A stretch of DNA of 64,000 bases from an uncultured delta proteobacterium. GTDB lineage: Bacteria > Myxococcota > Myxococcia > Myxococcales > Myxococcaceae. The stretch's first letter is position 1. Every line of letters begins with the position of its first letter. Shown piece after piece: positions 43,208 to 54,941 of the stretch. The stretch is from positions 256,001-320,000 of the forward strand of contig CAVYSY010000026.1 of the NCBI GenBank assembly GCA_963771175.1, given 5' to 3'. Both the position numbers and the translations under genes were made by a program. The notes beneath the pieces were generated by a model, which worked only from the letters and a program-made list of their open reading frames with translations, did no database searches and had not been told where the DNA came from.

Positions 43208-45044
43208 TCAGAGCGACTTCAGGTACTCGAGCAGGTCGCGCTTGTCCTCGTCGGACAGGGTGGTCCCGTACAGGTGCCCCTCATTGCCATTGCCCGACTG
43301 CCTCACATCGAAGGCGAAGGGCCCCTCTCCAGCGGCCGCAGAAGCGGAGCCGATCCTGTTGGGCTCTTCTGGAGTCACATAGGAATAGCCGACCTTGACC
43401 GGATCATACTCCCTCCCCTGGAGGATGAATCGCGCCGGGCGCTTCGATGGAGGCTGGAGGAGATCCCACAATGTCGGCACGGAGCCATTGTGGAGGTAGG
43501 GCGCGGTGGCCCAGACGCCGGGGAGCGGTCGGGCCACGTAGCCCTCGGTGGATTGCCAGAGAACGCTCTTCGGTTCGAGCGCCTCGACCTGCTGGGACAC
43601 TCCATCCCGTGCACTGACCTGCACCTCGACCCGCCGGAGCAGATCTCCCAGCGCGGCGGAGAAGTCGCAATCACCGACCTTCGCCGCGAAATTGACCGCG
43701 CGATTCTTGTCGGTCCCTACCGCCCGCGCGTCCACCACGTGCCCGGAATCGCCGCCATGGCAGGTCCTGCACTCCCGCGTGAAGAGAGCCTCCCCGCGAT
43801 TGACGCGCGCCTGCGCCAGCGCCCCGAAAGACTTCTCCGGCCAGCGTGGTGCGCCGAATTTGCCCGAGAGCTCCTCGAGCGTCATGAGGTTGCGGGGAAG
43901 GACGGAGGAGTCGAAGGTCTTGCGATCGATGGTCGCGCCCATCCCGAGAGCCTGACCAATGTTGCGCTGGAGGATGGAGTTGGTATTCGCGTCCCAGTGC
44001 ATCCACCCATGCTGGCGAAACTCCCAGAGGCAGGGGAAGCTCACCGGCGCGGTCAGCGGCACCTTCTCCTTCGTTCTGCACGAGTTCGTCGGGTTGTCGG
44101 GCCCCGCCGAGAACAACACCGCGCGCGCCACACCGAAGGCGTCGATCCGGCCAGGGCCCGCGGGCGTATGGGCGGAGATCAGCGGAGCGTGACGCTGGAA
44201 GTACACCAGGTGCCCCTGGAGGAGCCGGATCGCATCCGATACCGAGCGGATCGGCTTCCAGCTCAAGTCGCGGACGTATTCGTCGAGTGTCGGAACCGGC
44301 TCGGGGTTCGCCCGGTACTTCTTCACCTCGGCCCGGAGCTTCTCCTGCGAGCCCTTCGTCACATCCGGAGAGAGGTCGTTGGCGGGAAAGGCACTCTGCA
44401 GCCGCTGATTGTCCAGCGCCTCCGCGGGCTGCCGCGACGCACTTTCCCGTGGCTGGAGGGGGAGCTGCTTGGACAGGCGGACCAGGAAGCCCACCAGCAG
44501 CTCATCGTTGTTGAGCGTCAGCCAGAGGACCTCACCCGCTTCCTTGTTGAAGGCCTCCATGTCGAGAAGGCCCGGCGCGCCATCCACCCGGACCTTCCGA
44601 CCACGGAATTGAAGCTCGGCGACATGGCAGGCGGCGCAATTGAAACCCACGCGCGCGTACGGCCGGTGCGCATCCGCCGGAGCGATGGCCATTCCGACCG
44701 GCAACTGCTCGGGGTTGTCTGGATCTGACAGCAGCCCGAATCGCTCGGTGTGGGTGAGAAAGGATTGGAGGCCGGCCTTTTGGCCCTTCATGGCCGCGAC
44801 CAGACTCTGCTTGCTCGCGAGGGCGCGAAGCACCGGGAGGGAGAGGTGCTCGTTGCCCTGGGGCAGGTGGTAGAAGGTCTGGCGCTCTTCCGGGGACAGC
44901 TCGCCCGAGCCACTGCCGCCCGTACCAGCGTCGGGGCCGGGTGGAGCTTCGGATGAAGGTTTTGAACGCGGCCCCCCCGCCACAACTCGCCGCCCCTCCC
45001 GCGAAGACGAGCGCTCCGAGTACTCCCAGGATCGCGACTCTCAT
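43208..45044 (-). CDS. Di-heme c-type cytochrome lipoprotein, RoxA/CCP-like (indel in homopolymer near 44975)
   Basis: CAACH and CRTCH heme motifs; GPGRIDAF; GVWATAPYLHNGSVPTL; GNEGHLYG; lipoprotein-like start MRVAILGVLGALVFAGGAASC. Confidence 0.85.
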
Positions 45045-45276
45045 CGCACCACGACGGACCCCACGGAAGCCTTCCATCCGCTATCTCCCCTCACTTTGGA
45101 AGGAACAGAACGCCCACATCGGAAGCACTGGGCTGCAGGTGTGCGGCAGGTTCGGCAGACAGTCAGGGCATGACAAGTGCCCGAGCGGGTGGGTCAGCCC
45201 CCGGCCGGAGGACAAGCGCCACCGCGTGACAGCGGGGTCGTACGGGAGGACGGCTTGAGCTGTCGGATCTCCCGCT

Positions 45277-46707
45277 TCACGGAGTGTTCCGAGGCGGAGG
45301 GGCCCCGAAGTCCAGCGTGTACTCACGCGCGCCGCGGGAGAGCTTGCGCTCCAGACGCTCGATGCGGCGGCGAAGTGCGTCGGAGCCCTCGGCGGGCGCG
45401 GCGAGCCGGGCGTGGTGCAGGGCCCGTGGAAGGTCCTTGAGATCGTGCTCGTACAGCTTGGCCAGCGCGAGGTGGAGGGGAGCGGCCTGGTCCTTGCGCG
45501 CCGACGCGAGCGCTCGCTGCAGGTTCGCCACCGCCGTCTGGTCATCCCCCACCCGACGTGACAGCCGCGAGGCCAGCGCGAGCGCCTCGACCCCCACGGC
45601 GCCCCCATCCCCCGCGGCGGCGGCGCGGGCGAAGGCATGGGCCCGCTCGTAGTCCCGCGCCCGGAGCGCCACGCCGGCGAAGCCCAGCAGGTCGCGCGGG
45701 TCCTCGCCCTCCACACCGCTCGCCCGAAAGCGCCGCACCAGCATGCCCAGCAGCGCCGCCAGCAGGAGGAGGTCGTTCGCGTTGTGCTCCAGCACCGGCG
45801 TCAGGGCCGAGCCATCCGCGCCGCGCAGGAAGCGGAAGTAGAGGTCGGGAATCAGCGAGCCGTCCACATCGTCCACCCGGTGGTAACCGAGCACCTGCTC
45901 CTCCAGGTGCACCAGCCGCGTGCCGGAGCCGCGGTACTTGAAGACGCGGCGCGCGCAGTGCAGCAGGTCCAGGTGCGGCAATTCGGTGGGCGTGGGCACG
46001 CGGTTGAGCACGAAGCGCGTGCGCAGCAGCGGCCAGTCGAAGCTCTTGCCGTTGAACGTCACCAGGCACGAGGACTCCGCCATGCGCTCGGCGAGCACCC
46101 GCAGCAGGGGCGCCTCCTCGCCCAGCTTGCGCAGGAAGAGCTGGTGCACGCGCAGCGAGCGGCCCTCGAACCACGCGAGGCCCACCAGGAAGGGCACGGT
46201 GCCCGTGCCACCCGCGAGCCCCGTCGTCTCCGTGTCCAGGAAGAGCATCCGCTGGAAGTCCACGCCCGCGAGCCCCGGCTGCAGCGCGAGGCTGGCCACC
46301 AGCGCGGCCTCCACGTCCAGCGCCTCCGCGAGGGGCGCGCTGCCATGGCAGTGGTCCGGCGACAGCACGCGCTCGGCGACGTGGACCACGCCATGCGGGG
46401 TCGTCCGAGGCTCGGCCGGCAGCGGGCCTGGAGGTGGTGCGGAGGAGGGGCCCCGGCGAGCGATCGCCGCGCCCTGACGCTCGGCCCAGTCCCCGAGCAT
46501 CCGGCGCAGCGCGACCACGCGCGGGTCCGGCGTCTTCGGAGTCTCCGGAGCGGGAGCGACCTCCACGGGCTGGGGAGGCACCTCCGCCGCTGGAACGACA
46601 GCGGCCGCCTCCGGCCCCGGGGCTTCCGGAACAGGAGCTGGCTTCGTCCCCGGCTTGCCACCAGGGCCCACACCGCCGAGTCGTGCCAGCTTGCGCTTCA
46701 GGTCCAC
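45277..46707 (-). CDS. RNase H-like DEDD exonuclease with helical C-terminus (YprB/MrfB-like)
   Basis: FLDTETTGL, TFNGKSFDWP, HLDLLH, HNANDL, LAKLYEH. Confidence 0.88.
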   Translation of the reverse strand: MDLKRKLARLGGVGPGGKPGTKPAPVPEAPGPEAAAVVPAAEVPPQPVEVAPAPETPKTPDPRVVALRRMLGDWAERQGAAIARRGPSSAPPPGPLPAEPRTTPHGVVHVAERVLSPDHCHGSAPLAEALDVEAALVASLALQPGLAGVDFQRMLFLDTETTGLAGGTGTVPFLVGLAWFEGRSLRVHQLFLRKLGEEAPLLRVLAERMAESSCLVTFNGKSFDWPLLRTRFVLNRVPTPTELPHLDLLHCARRVFKYRGSGTRLVHLEEQVLGYHRVDDVDGSLIPDLYFRFLRGADGSALTPVLEHNANDLLLLAALLGMLVRRFRASGVEGEDPRDLLGFAGVALRARDYERAHAFARAAAAGDGGAVGVEALALASRLSRRVGDDQTAVANLQRALASARKDQAAPLHLALAKLYEHDLKDLPRALHHARLAAPAEGSDALRRRIERLERKLSRGAREYTLDFGAPPPRNTP

Positions 46708-46719
46708 GGCGCGCCTCGT

Positions 46720-49139
46720 CTACTGCAGGGCCCCTACGCCGAGCGCCGACAGGAGCTCGAGGCCGAGCCGCTTGCGCGGATGGGCATCCACCGGCGCGCT
46801 CCCGGGCATGGCGCCCGCGGCCGGGCCGATGCAGGCGGGGCACCCGTCCTCACAGGCGCACGACTCCAGCAGCCGCCGGGCGCGACGCAGCAGCTCCTCG
46901 CGCTGGTCGAACAGGCGCGCGGCCAGCCCCACGCCGCCGGGCACGTTGTCGTAGAGGAAGATGGTGGGGTCGAAGCCCACGCCCCCGTCCTTGCGCGGCG
47001 GCCCGTCCGCGTCGTCCTTGCTCCCGAGCGTCTTGCCGAGGTCTCTCGGGTCGATCATCAGCCCCACGCAGGCCACCGTGCGCAGCGCGCTGGCGATGCC
47101 CCGGAGCGCGTCGATGACGGCGGGCCGGGGAGCGCCCATGGCGCGCACCACGGACTCGGGCACGGTGAGCCAGAGCGCGGTGGTGTGCATCTGCATCTCG
47201 GGCAGGGTGACCTCGCCGTAACCGACGTTCTCGTGGGTGTGGTACTTGATCTTCTTGTAGCCCACCACCTTCTCGATGACGCTCACCTCGCCCATGCCCG
47301 CCTGCAGCGTCCGGGCCCATGGGCGCGCCCTGGTCCTCCTGGATGACGTTCACCCGCACGTACGTCATCGCGTCGGTGAAGTAGTCCGGGGCCACCTTGC
47401 GCACGTAGGCCTTGTGGTTGTCGAAGTCGAAGCGCTCGACCTGATACTGCTCGGCCTCGTGCTGGTAGATGGCCTGCTCGTGCAGCATCGTGTGCGCCGA
47501 GCGGAAGTCCATCTCCGCGAGCGTCCGGTCCGTGCCCAGCTCGATGATGACGACGTTGTCCCAGCCCACGCTGCGCAGCGAGACGTGGTTGGCCGGGTAC
47601 GCGTCCGTGGACCAGTGGAACATCTTGCGGCCCTCGGGACCCGGCGTGGCGTGCACCACCTCGTGCTGCGCGAGGAACCCGAGCGCCTCCTCCGTGGACT
47701 CGGCCGGCACGTCCCCGAAGGCGTCCCCCTCCGCGAAGGGCAGCTCGAAGGCGGCGCACTTGAGGTGCTGGACGAGGATCTCCACGTTGTCCGGATCGAT
47801 GCGCGCGTGCTCCACGGGAGCGCCGGTGAGGTACTTCGGGTCCCCGGCGAGGTACTGGTCCAGCGGCGCGCTGGAGGAGACCAGGAGCGCGAGGCTGCCC
47901 GCGCCCCGGCGTCCCGCGCGGCCGAAGCGCTGCATCAGCGCCGCCACCGAGCCCGGGTAGCCGGCGCACACCACCGCGTCGAGCGAGCCGATGTCGATGC
48001 CCAGCTCGAGCGCGCTGGTGGCCACCACGCAGCGCACCCCGCCCGAGCGCATGGCGGCCTCGGTGGCCCGGCGCGTCCCCGGCAGGTAGCCGCCGCGGTA
48101 GCCCTGGATGAGGTTGGGGTCCATCTTCTCCTCGATGAACCGGTCCCGCAGGTACTTGAGCATCACCTCGACGTTGTTGCGCGACTGGCCGAAGAGCAGC
48201 GTGGACACCTCGGCGCGCACCAGGTCCGACACCAGCCGCACCGCGCTCTTGAGGTAGCTGGCGCGGATGCCCAGCTCCGCGTTCACCACGGGCGGGTTGT
48301 AGACCATGATGCGCCGCTCGCCGCGGGCGCGCCGCTCTCGGCGATGAGCGACACCTCGCGGCCGAGCATCCGCTCGGCGTGCGCCTTGCGGGTTGCCGAT
48401 GGTGGCCGAGGCCAGGATGAACGTGGGCGACGAGCCGTGGAAGGCGCGCCACGCGCTGCAGCCGGCGCAGCACGTTGGCCAGGTGCGAGCCGAAGACGCC
48501 CCGGTAGGTGTGCAGCTCGTCGATGACGACGTAGCGCAGGTTGGAGAAGAGGCGCGCCCAGTTGGCGTGGTGCGGGAGGATGCCGGTGTGCAGCATGTCC
48601 GGGTTGGTGAGCAGCACGCCGCTGCGCTCGCGCGCCGCGCGCCGGGCGTCCGCCGGAGTGTCGCCGTCGAAGGTGATGGCACCGTGCTCCAGGCCCGCCT
48701 CGCGCATGAAGACGCGCAGCGACTCCTCCTGGTCGCGCGAGAGCGCCTTGGTGGGGAAGAGGTAGAGGGCGCGCGCCTGCGGCTCCCGCGCGAAACGGTC
48801 GAGCAGCGGCAGGTTGTAGCAGAGGCTCTTGCCCGAGGCGGTGGGCGTGGCGATGACGAGGTTGCGCCCCTCGCGCGCCAGCCGGTACGCCTCGGCCTGG
48901 TGGGAGAAGAGCCGCTCGATGCCTCGGCGCTGGAGGGCCTCGCGCACCTGGGGCGCCACCTCGTCGGGGATGGGCGCGTAGGAGCCGGTCCGCTCCGGCG
49001 TCACCTCGTCGAGGACGAAGCTGGGCCAGAGCTGCTTGTCCTCGCGCCACCCCTTCAGGACGGCCTCGAGACCTCGGGGACCCGACCAGGGCTTGCGCCG
49101 GGAACCGGTGAAAGCCCCCTCTTCCTTCTCTGGCTTCAT
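46720..49139 (-). CDS. SF2 helicase with DUF1998 domain (YprA/MrfA/SftH-like; indels)
   Basis: [37 protein letters not shown]-terminal [10 protein letters not shown]. Confidence 0.92.
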
Positions 49140-49150
49140 GGGGCCGGCCA

Positions 49151-49166
49151 CTGTACAGACGTATAC
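49151..49166 (-). promoter_or_regulatory. LexA-box-like site upstream of the helicase gene
   Basis: Minus strand GTATACGTCTGTACAG resembles the Myxococcus SOS box CTRHAMRYBYGTTCAG; 11 bp before ATG 49139. Confidence 0.5.
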
Positions 49167-49247
49167 CCGGCGAGGCAACGCGCGAGCGCCCCTCGTCCCA
49201 GCCACCCTGTGTGCGAGCGACCCGGACCAGGAGACGCAACGGTCCAC

Positions 49248-49314
49248 TCACTTCCAGACGTCCAGAAGTGATGTGAACCCTATGCGCACATCACTTCTGG
49301 ACGTCCAGAAGTGA
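49248..49314. repeat. Double 24-bp palindrome forming a larger inverted repeat
   Basis: TCACTTCCAGACGTCCAGAAGTGA (49248-49271) and perfect palindrome TCACTTCTGGACGTCCAGAAGTGA (49291-49314) separated by TGTG-AACCCTATGCG-CACA. Confidence 0.9.
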
Positions 49315-49343
49315 AGCGAGAGAGCTCGCCCGAGCGGGCCCCA

Positions 49344-50033
49344 CTACTCCGACAACTCCAGCGAGCGCCACAGGTACCAGCTCGCCACCGTGCGCCACGG
49401 GCGCCAGCGCTCACCGTAGGCCAGCAGCTCCTTCGGGCGCGGCATCTCCTCGAGACCGTACGAGCGCATGAAGCCCTTGCGGACGCCGTAGTCATCCACC
49501 GGCAGCACGTCAGGACGGCCGAGCCGGAAGATGAGCAACATCTCCACCGTCCACTGTCCGATGCCACGAACCTTGGTGAGGTGCGCCACCAACTCGGCGT
49601 CGCTCATGCGCTTCGCTCGGGCCAGCGTGGGCACCTCGCCCTCCAGCGCCTTCGCGGCCAGATCGCGCAGCGCCGCCGTCTTGGCGCCGGAGAGACCGGC
49701 CTCGCGCAGGCTCTCCACCGGATGGGCGAGCACCGCCTGCGGCGTGAAGCGCGTCCCCGTTCCCACGCGCTCGCAGACACGACCGAAGATGGTGGCCGCC
49801 GCCTTGCCCGTGAGCTGCTGGTAGGCGATGGACCGGGCCAGCGCCGCGAAGGGGCTGCGCAGGGACTCCACCTTCATGCCAAAGGGTCCCACCCGCTTCA
49901 TCAGCGCGCCGAGCGTCGGATCCGCCTTCGCCAGCGCCCTGCGCGCCGCGGGTGTGAAGCCCTCCGGCAGGAGGCTCTCGGCGGAAGGCAGGGAGTCGGA
50001 AGCGGGAAGGACACGAGCAGTCGCGGCGGGCAT
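49344..50033 (-). CDS. DNA-3-methyladenine glycosylase, AlkA/HhH-GPD family
   Basis: SIAYQQLTGKAAATI, HhH LTKVRGIGQWTVEM, LPVDDYGVR, WRPWRTVASWYLW. Confidence 0.92.
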   Translation of the reverse strand: MPAATARVLPASDSLPSAESLLPEGFTPAARRALAKADPTLGALMKRVGPFGMKVESLRSPFAALARSIAYQQLTGKAAATIFGRVCERVGTGTRFTPQAVLAHPVESLREAGLSGAKTAALRDLAAKALEGEVPTLARAKRMSDAELVAHLTKVRGIGQWTVEMLLIFRLGRPDVLPVDDYGVRKGFMRSYGLEEMPRPKELLAYGERWRPWRTVASWYLWRSLELSE

Positions 50034-50053
50034 GGGCCTATCGTAGTGCCCCT

Positions 50054-51083
50054 TCACTTCGACGCGAGAGGGTGGAATGCAACGCCGTCCAACCCCAGGC
50101 GCTGGCAGGCGTCGACGAAGCGCTCGGTGCAGACGATCGCGGTGGAGAAGTCCTCCAGCCGGAACAGGTCCGGTGACCGGGAATCGTGCTGGCGTCCAGC
50201 AGGAGCAGTCGGTCATCGGGCCGGGTGAGCGCCAAGGCGACCACAGCGAGAGCAAGGAGGCTTGCGATCCGGCGGAAGGCAATCCGGGTGGGCACGACCC
50301 TTGGGGAGGATCTCCAGCTCGAGCAGTTCGGGCGAGTTCCGCTGACGGAAACGGATCTCGGTGCGGCACCCCTTGAGTCCTCGCAGTCCCTCGGCCTGGA
50401 GCTTCTCCAGCGCCTCGCGCTGCACCAGCAGCCACCACTGGGCAGACGATCGCAGTGGAGAAGTCCTCCAAGCGGAACAGGTCCAGATGGCCAGGAATCG
50501 TGCTGGCGTCCAGCAGGAGAGCATTGGGCCGGGTGAGGCCGCGACGACCACAGCGAGAGCACGGAGGTTTACGATTCGGAGGCAGGCAGTCCGGATGCGC
50601 GCGACCGACGGGGAGGACTTCCAGTTCGAGCAACTCGGGCGAGTTGCGCTGGCGGAAGCGGAGCTCGGTGCGACAGCCCTTGAGTCCTCGTACGCCCTCG
50701 GCCTGGAGCTTCTCCAGCGCCTCGCGCTGCACCAGCAGCCACCATGGGTAGGGAGACACGAGCGGCCCGAAGCGGCCCCGGGCATTGCCCACCAATGGGC
50801 CAAAACCCGAACCTGGTTCCAGCACGGCCCCCGGAGGCAGCAAAGGGCGCACCAACTCACCCAGCCTTTCGTACTCCTCGAAGGGCTCGGCCCGGGCCTC
50901 CTCGAAGTCGGCCAGGGATGCGACCAGGGTCAAGTCCACCGAGGGGTACGCTTTTGAGCCGGCCCCCCAAGTCGTCTTGCATCCAGGGCAATTGATGATA
51001 CCCGGAAGCTTCCACTTGTGCGCGGCGTCAACGGAGCCCGTGTAGCCCGCCGACCTGTCTTCCTCGACGATGAAGTAGTGCAT
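50054..51083 (-). CDS. Double-CxxCG immunity protein (SitI6/DUF2396-like) with internal duplication
   Basis: KWKLPGIINCPGCKTTWG, YPSVDL, PCSRCGR, DLFRLEDFSTAIVCTERFVDAC; lies downstream of sitA6-like gene. Confidence 0.85.
50129..50744. repeat. Diverged tandem duplication of about 305 bp inside the immunity gene
   Basis: Copies 50442-50744 and 50129-50437 both encode WWLLVQREALEKLQAEG...DLFRLEDFSTAIVC with substitutions. Confidence 0.9.
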
Positions 51084-51107
51084 CCTCGTGCTCCACGCCT
51101 TCCCTAC

Positions 51108-51833
51108 TCAGTCACAGAAGTAGGGCACGAGCGGGCCATTTACTCCGAATCGAATCATGAGTTCGCCCGCGAAGCGCCAGATTTCCTCTGGAGAGGCCCC
51201 CTCGTCCTGATTCTTGAACTGCCGCCAGGCCGCATTCCACTGACCACCGTCGGGCCCGCCACTGTGCAACCACTGGTGGAAGCTCTTGGGTAGGCGAATG
51301 GTGAAGGCATGGATGTCGATGCCCTTGAACTTGAACCATTCAGCCAGTTCTCTCTGCTGCGGGAAGATGTGGTGCTTCTCGAAGGGCTCACGCGGGGGAG
51401 TGAGGCAATAGTGGCGCCAGAGTTTACGCGCCCCCACCTCGCGGGTCTTCCAGTTGTGCCAGGGGATTTCAAAGACGGGGTCCGCGTAGCGGGGCACGCC
51501 CAGAGGGTGTCCCCACCAGCGGTGATGAAGCGGCGGCTCCACCAGGGGAGTCCGGAGGATGGGCGCCGGAGCCGGAACCGCGGCCTGCGCCAGCACCACA
51601 CGGTGCGCATCCACCTCCGCGATGTCCTGGCAGCGCCAGATGGCGCAGCGCTCCTCGTCGCACAGCGGCACCACGCACGTGGGGTCCGCGCGGGCCTCCT
51701 CCCACGAGGCGGACACGACCTCGGGCGCTTCGACCTCCTCACGCACGCCCGGCGCCGAGGTGACACAGGCGCTCAGCAGCACGCCGAGCAGCGCGAGACA
51801 CATCCTGGAGCGAGGAAAGCCCATGCGGCCCAT
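51108..51833 (-). CDS. SitA6-family polymorphic toxin lipoprotein (TIGR02269/DUF2380-like)
   Basis: Lipobox LLSAC; CVVPLCDEERCAIWRCQD; EKHHIFPQ; GIDIH; GGQWNAAWRQF. Confidence 0.85.
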   Translation of the reverse strand: MGRMGFPRSRMCLALLGVLLSACVTSAPGVREEVEAPEVVSASWEEARADPTCVVPLCDEERCAIWRCQDIAEVDAHRVVLAQAAVPAPAPILRTPLVEPPLHHRWWGHPLGVPRYADPVFEIPWHNWKTREVGARKLWRHYCLTPPREPFEKHHIFPQQRELAEWFKFKGIDIHAFTIRLPKSFHQWLHSGGPDGGQWNAAWRQFKNQDEGASPEEIWRFAGELMIRFGVNGPLVPYFCD

Positions 51834-51885
51834 CCTACTCGCGGCCGCGCGAGCCTCTCCGCTTTCGACAGGTCCCCTCCCCGGC

Positions 51886-53395
51886 TCAGCGGACCTTCTT
51901 CGACGGCAGCCCCTTCACCGCCGGGCCGTTGAGCACCTCGCCCGTCGGGCTGAAGCGGGAGCCATGGCACGGGCAGTCCCAGGAGCGCTCGGCCTTGTTC
52001 CAGTGCACGTAACACCCCACGTGCGTGCATACCGGGCTCACCGCGTGGACGACCCCGCCCTCCTCGCGGAAGACAGCCACCTTCTTGCCGTCCACCTCCA
52101 GGATTCGGCCCTCGCCTTCCGGCACCTCGGACAGCTCGTGCCCCTCCGGCTTCGCCAGCCGATCCGCCACGAAGTGGAAGGCCACCTCCGCGTTCTCCTG
52201 GATGAAGTCCTTCGCCCCCGCCTTCGGCTTCACCCGCGTGGCGTCATAGAGCGCCGCGTACGGGTTCTGTCTCCCCAGGATGAGGTCCGTGAGAATCATC
52301 CCCGACAGCGTCCCGAACGTCATGCCCGTGCCCGAGAAGCCCGTGGCCACCCACACGTGCCTCGAGTTGCTGTTGCGCCCGATGTACGCCAGCCCATCCG
52401 CTGGCTCGATGACCTGGCCGGACCAGCGGTGGGAGAGCTCCGTCACCGGGAAGCGCTTCAGCGTGTACGCCTCCAGCGCGTCGTAGTGGCGCTCCGTGTC
52501 CTCCTCGGTGCCCACCTTGTGGTCCTCGCCTCCGACGATGACGTAGTCCACGCCCTCCACCCGCTGGGTGCGGATGTAGTGATACGGCTCCTGACTGTCG
52601 TAGTAGAGCCCCGCCTCCAGCGGAGCATCGAGCCGCGCCGCCACCGCGTAGGTGCGGTACGGGTACAGCTTGGTGTGCAGGAAGAGGCGGTTGAGCGGCG
52701 TGGTCGTCGCCTCCACCACGTCCCGGCAGGTGAGGATGCCGTGCGGCGTATGCACCCGGCACGGCACGCCCTCGTGCAGCGCCGTCACCTGCGTCTCCTC
52801 GAAGATGTGGCTGCCGTCCCCGAGAATCCCCTCGGCGAGCGCCAGCAGGTACTCGCGCGGGTGGAACTGAGCCTGGTCCTCCACGCGCAGCGCCAGCTTC
52901 ACCGGGTAGGGCAGCGGCACCTCTTCCGTCAGCGAGCACATCAGCCCCGCCCGCCGAGCCGCGGACGCCTCGCGCTCCAGCTCCCGCGCCTCCCGCGTCC
53001 GTCTCCGCGTAGCGGAAGCCGGGCAGGCGCTGGAAGCCGCACGAGATGCGAAGCCGCTCCACCAGCCCGGCGATCTGCTCGATGGCCGCGCGGGAGGACT
53101 CGGCCGCCATGCGCGCCCCCTTCTCGCCGAAGTCCGAGGCCAGCGTGGAGTAGGGCGTGTCCAGCAGCTCGGTGAGGTGCGCCGTGGTCTGCCCCGTCTG
53201 CCCCGTGAGCAGCCGGTGCATCTCCACCACCGCCACGCGCTTCCCCTCCTGCTTGAGCAGCCAGGCCGTGGTGAGGCCCGCGATCCCACCGCCGATCACC
53301 ACCACATCCACCTCGAGGTCCCCCCGCAGCGCCGGGTAGCGCCGCGCCGGGGCCGTCACCGTCCACAGCGATTTGTGCGTGCGCTCTTCCACCAT
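51886..53395 (-). CDS. FAD-dependent oxidoreductase with C-terminal Rieske [2Fe-2S] domain (indel near 52995)
   Basis: IGGGIAG, QFHPREY, WSGQ; Rieske CTHVGC and WDCPCHGSRF. Confidence 0.92.
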
Positions 53396-53530
53396 GCTCC
53401 AAAGGCTAGGAACGCGGCCGAGGGGCGGTAAGGCGAGCGAGCGGCCTGCCTCGCCTGTCTGCCTGCCCTCCATTCGAAGCCTCGGGATGTATACGGGCCA
53501 ACAGCCCGGGCCCTGGGATGTTGGCCATCC

Positions 53531-54937
<1,407 letters not shown>

Positions 54938-54941
<4 letters not shown>

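Noticed and set aside
46720..49139. DUF1998 helicase as a DISARM/Druantia defence component
   Set aside because: No methylase or partner defence genes; pairing with a YprB-like exonuclease fits the MrfAB repair type
49248..49314. Possible mini CRISPR array
   Set aside because: Only two units, 19-bp spacer with self-complementary ends, fully palindromic repeat, no cas genes
49344..51083. 579-aa ORF suggesting an immunity protein-AlkA fusion
   Set aside because: The linking part is an off-frame reading of the duplicated segment; the immunity gene has its own stop at 50054 and alkA its own ATG at 50033
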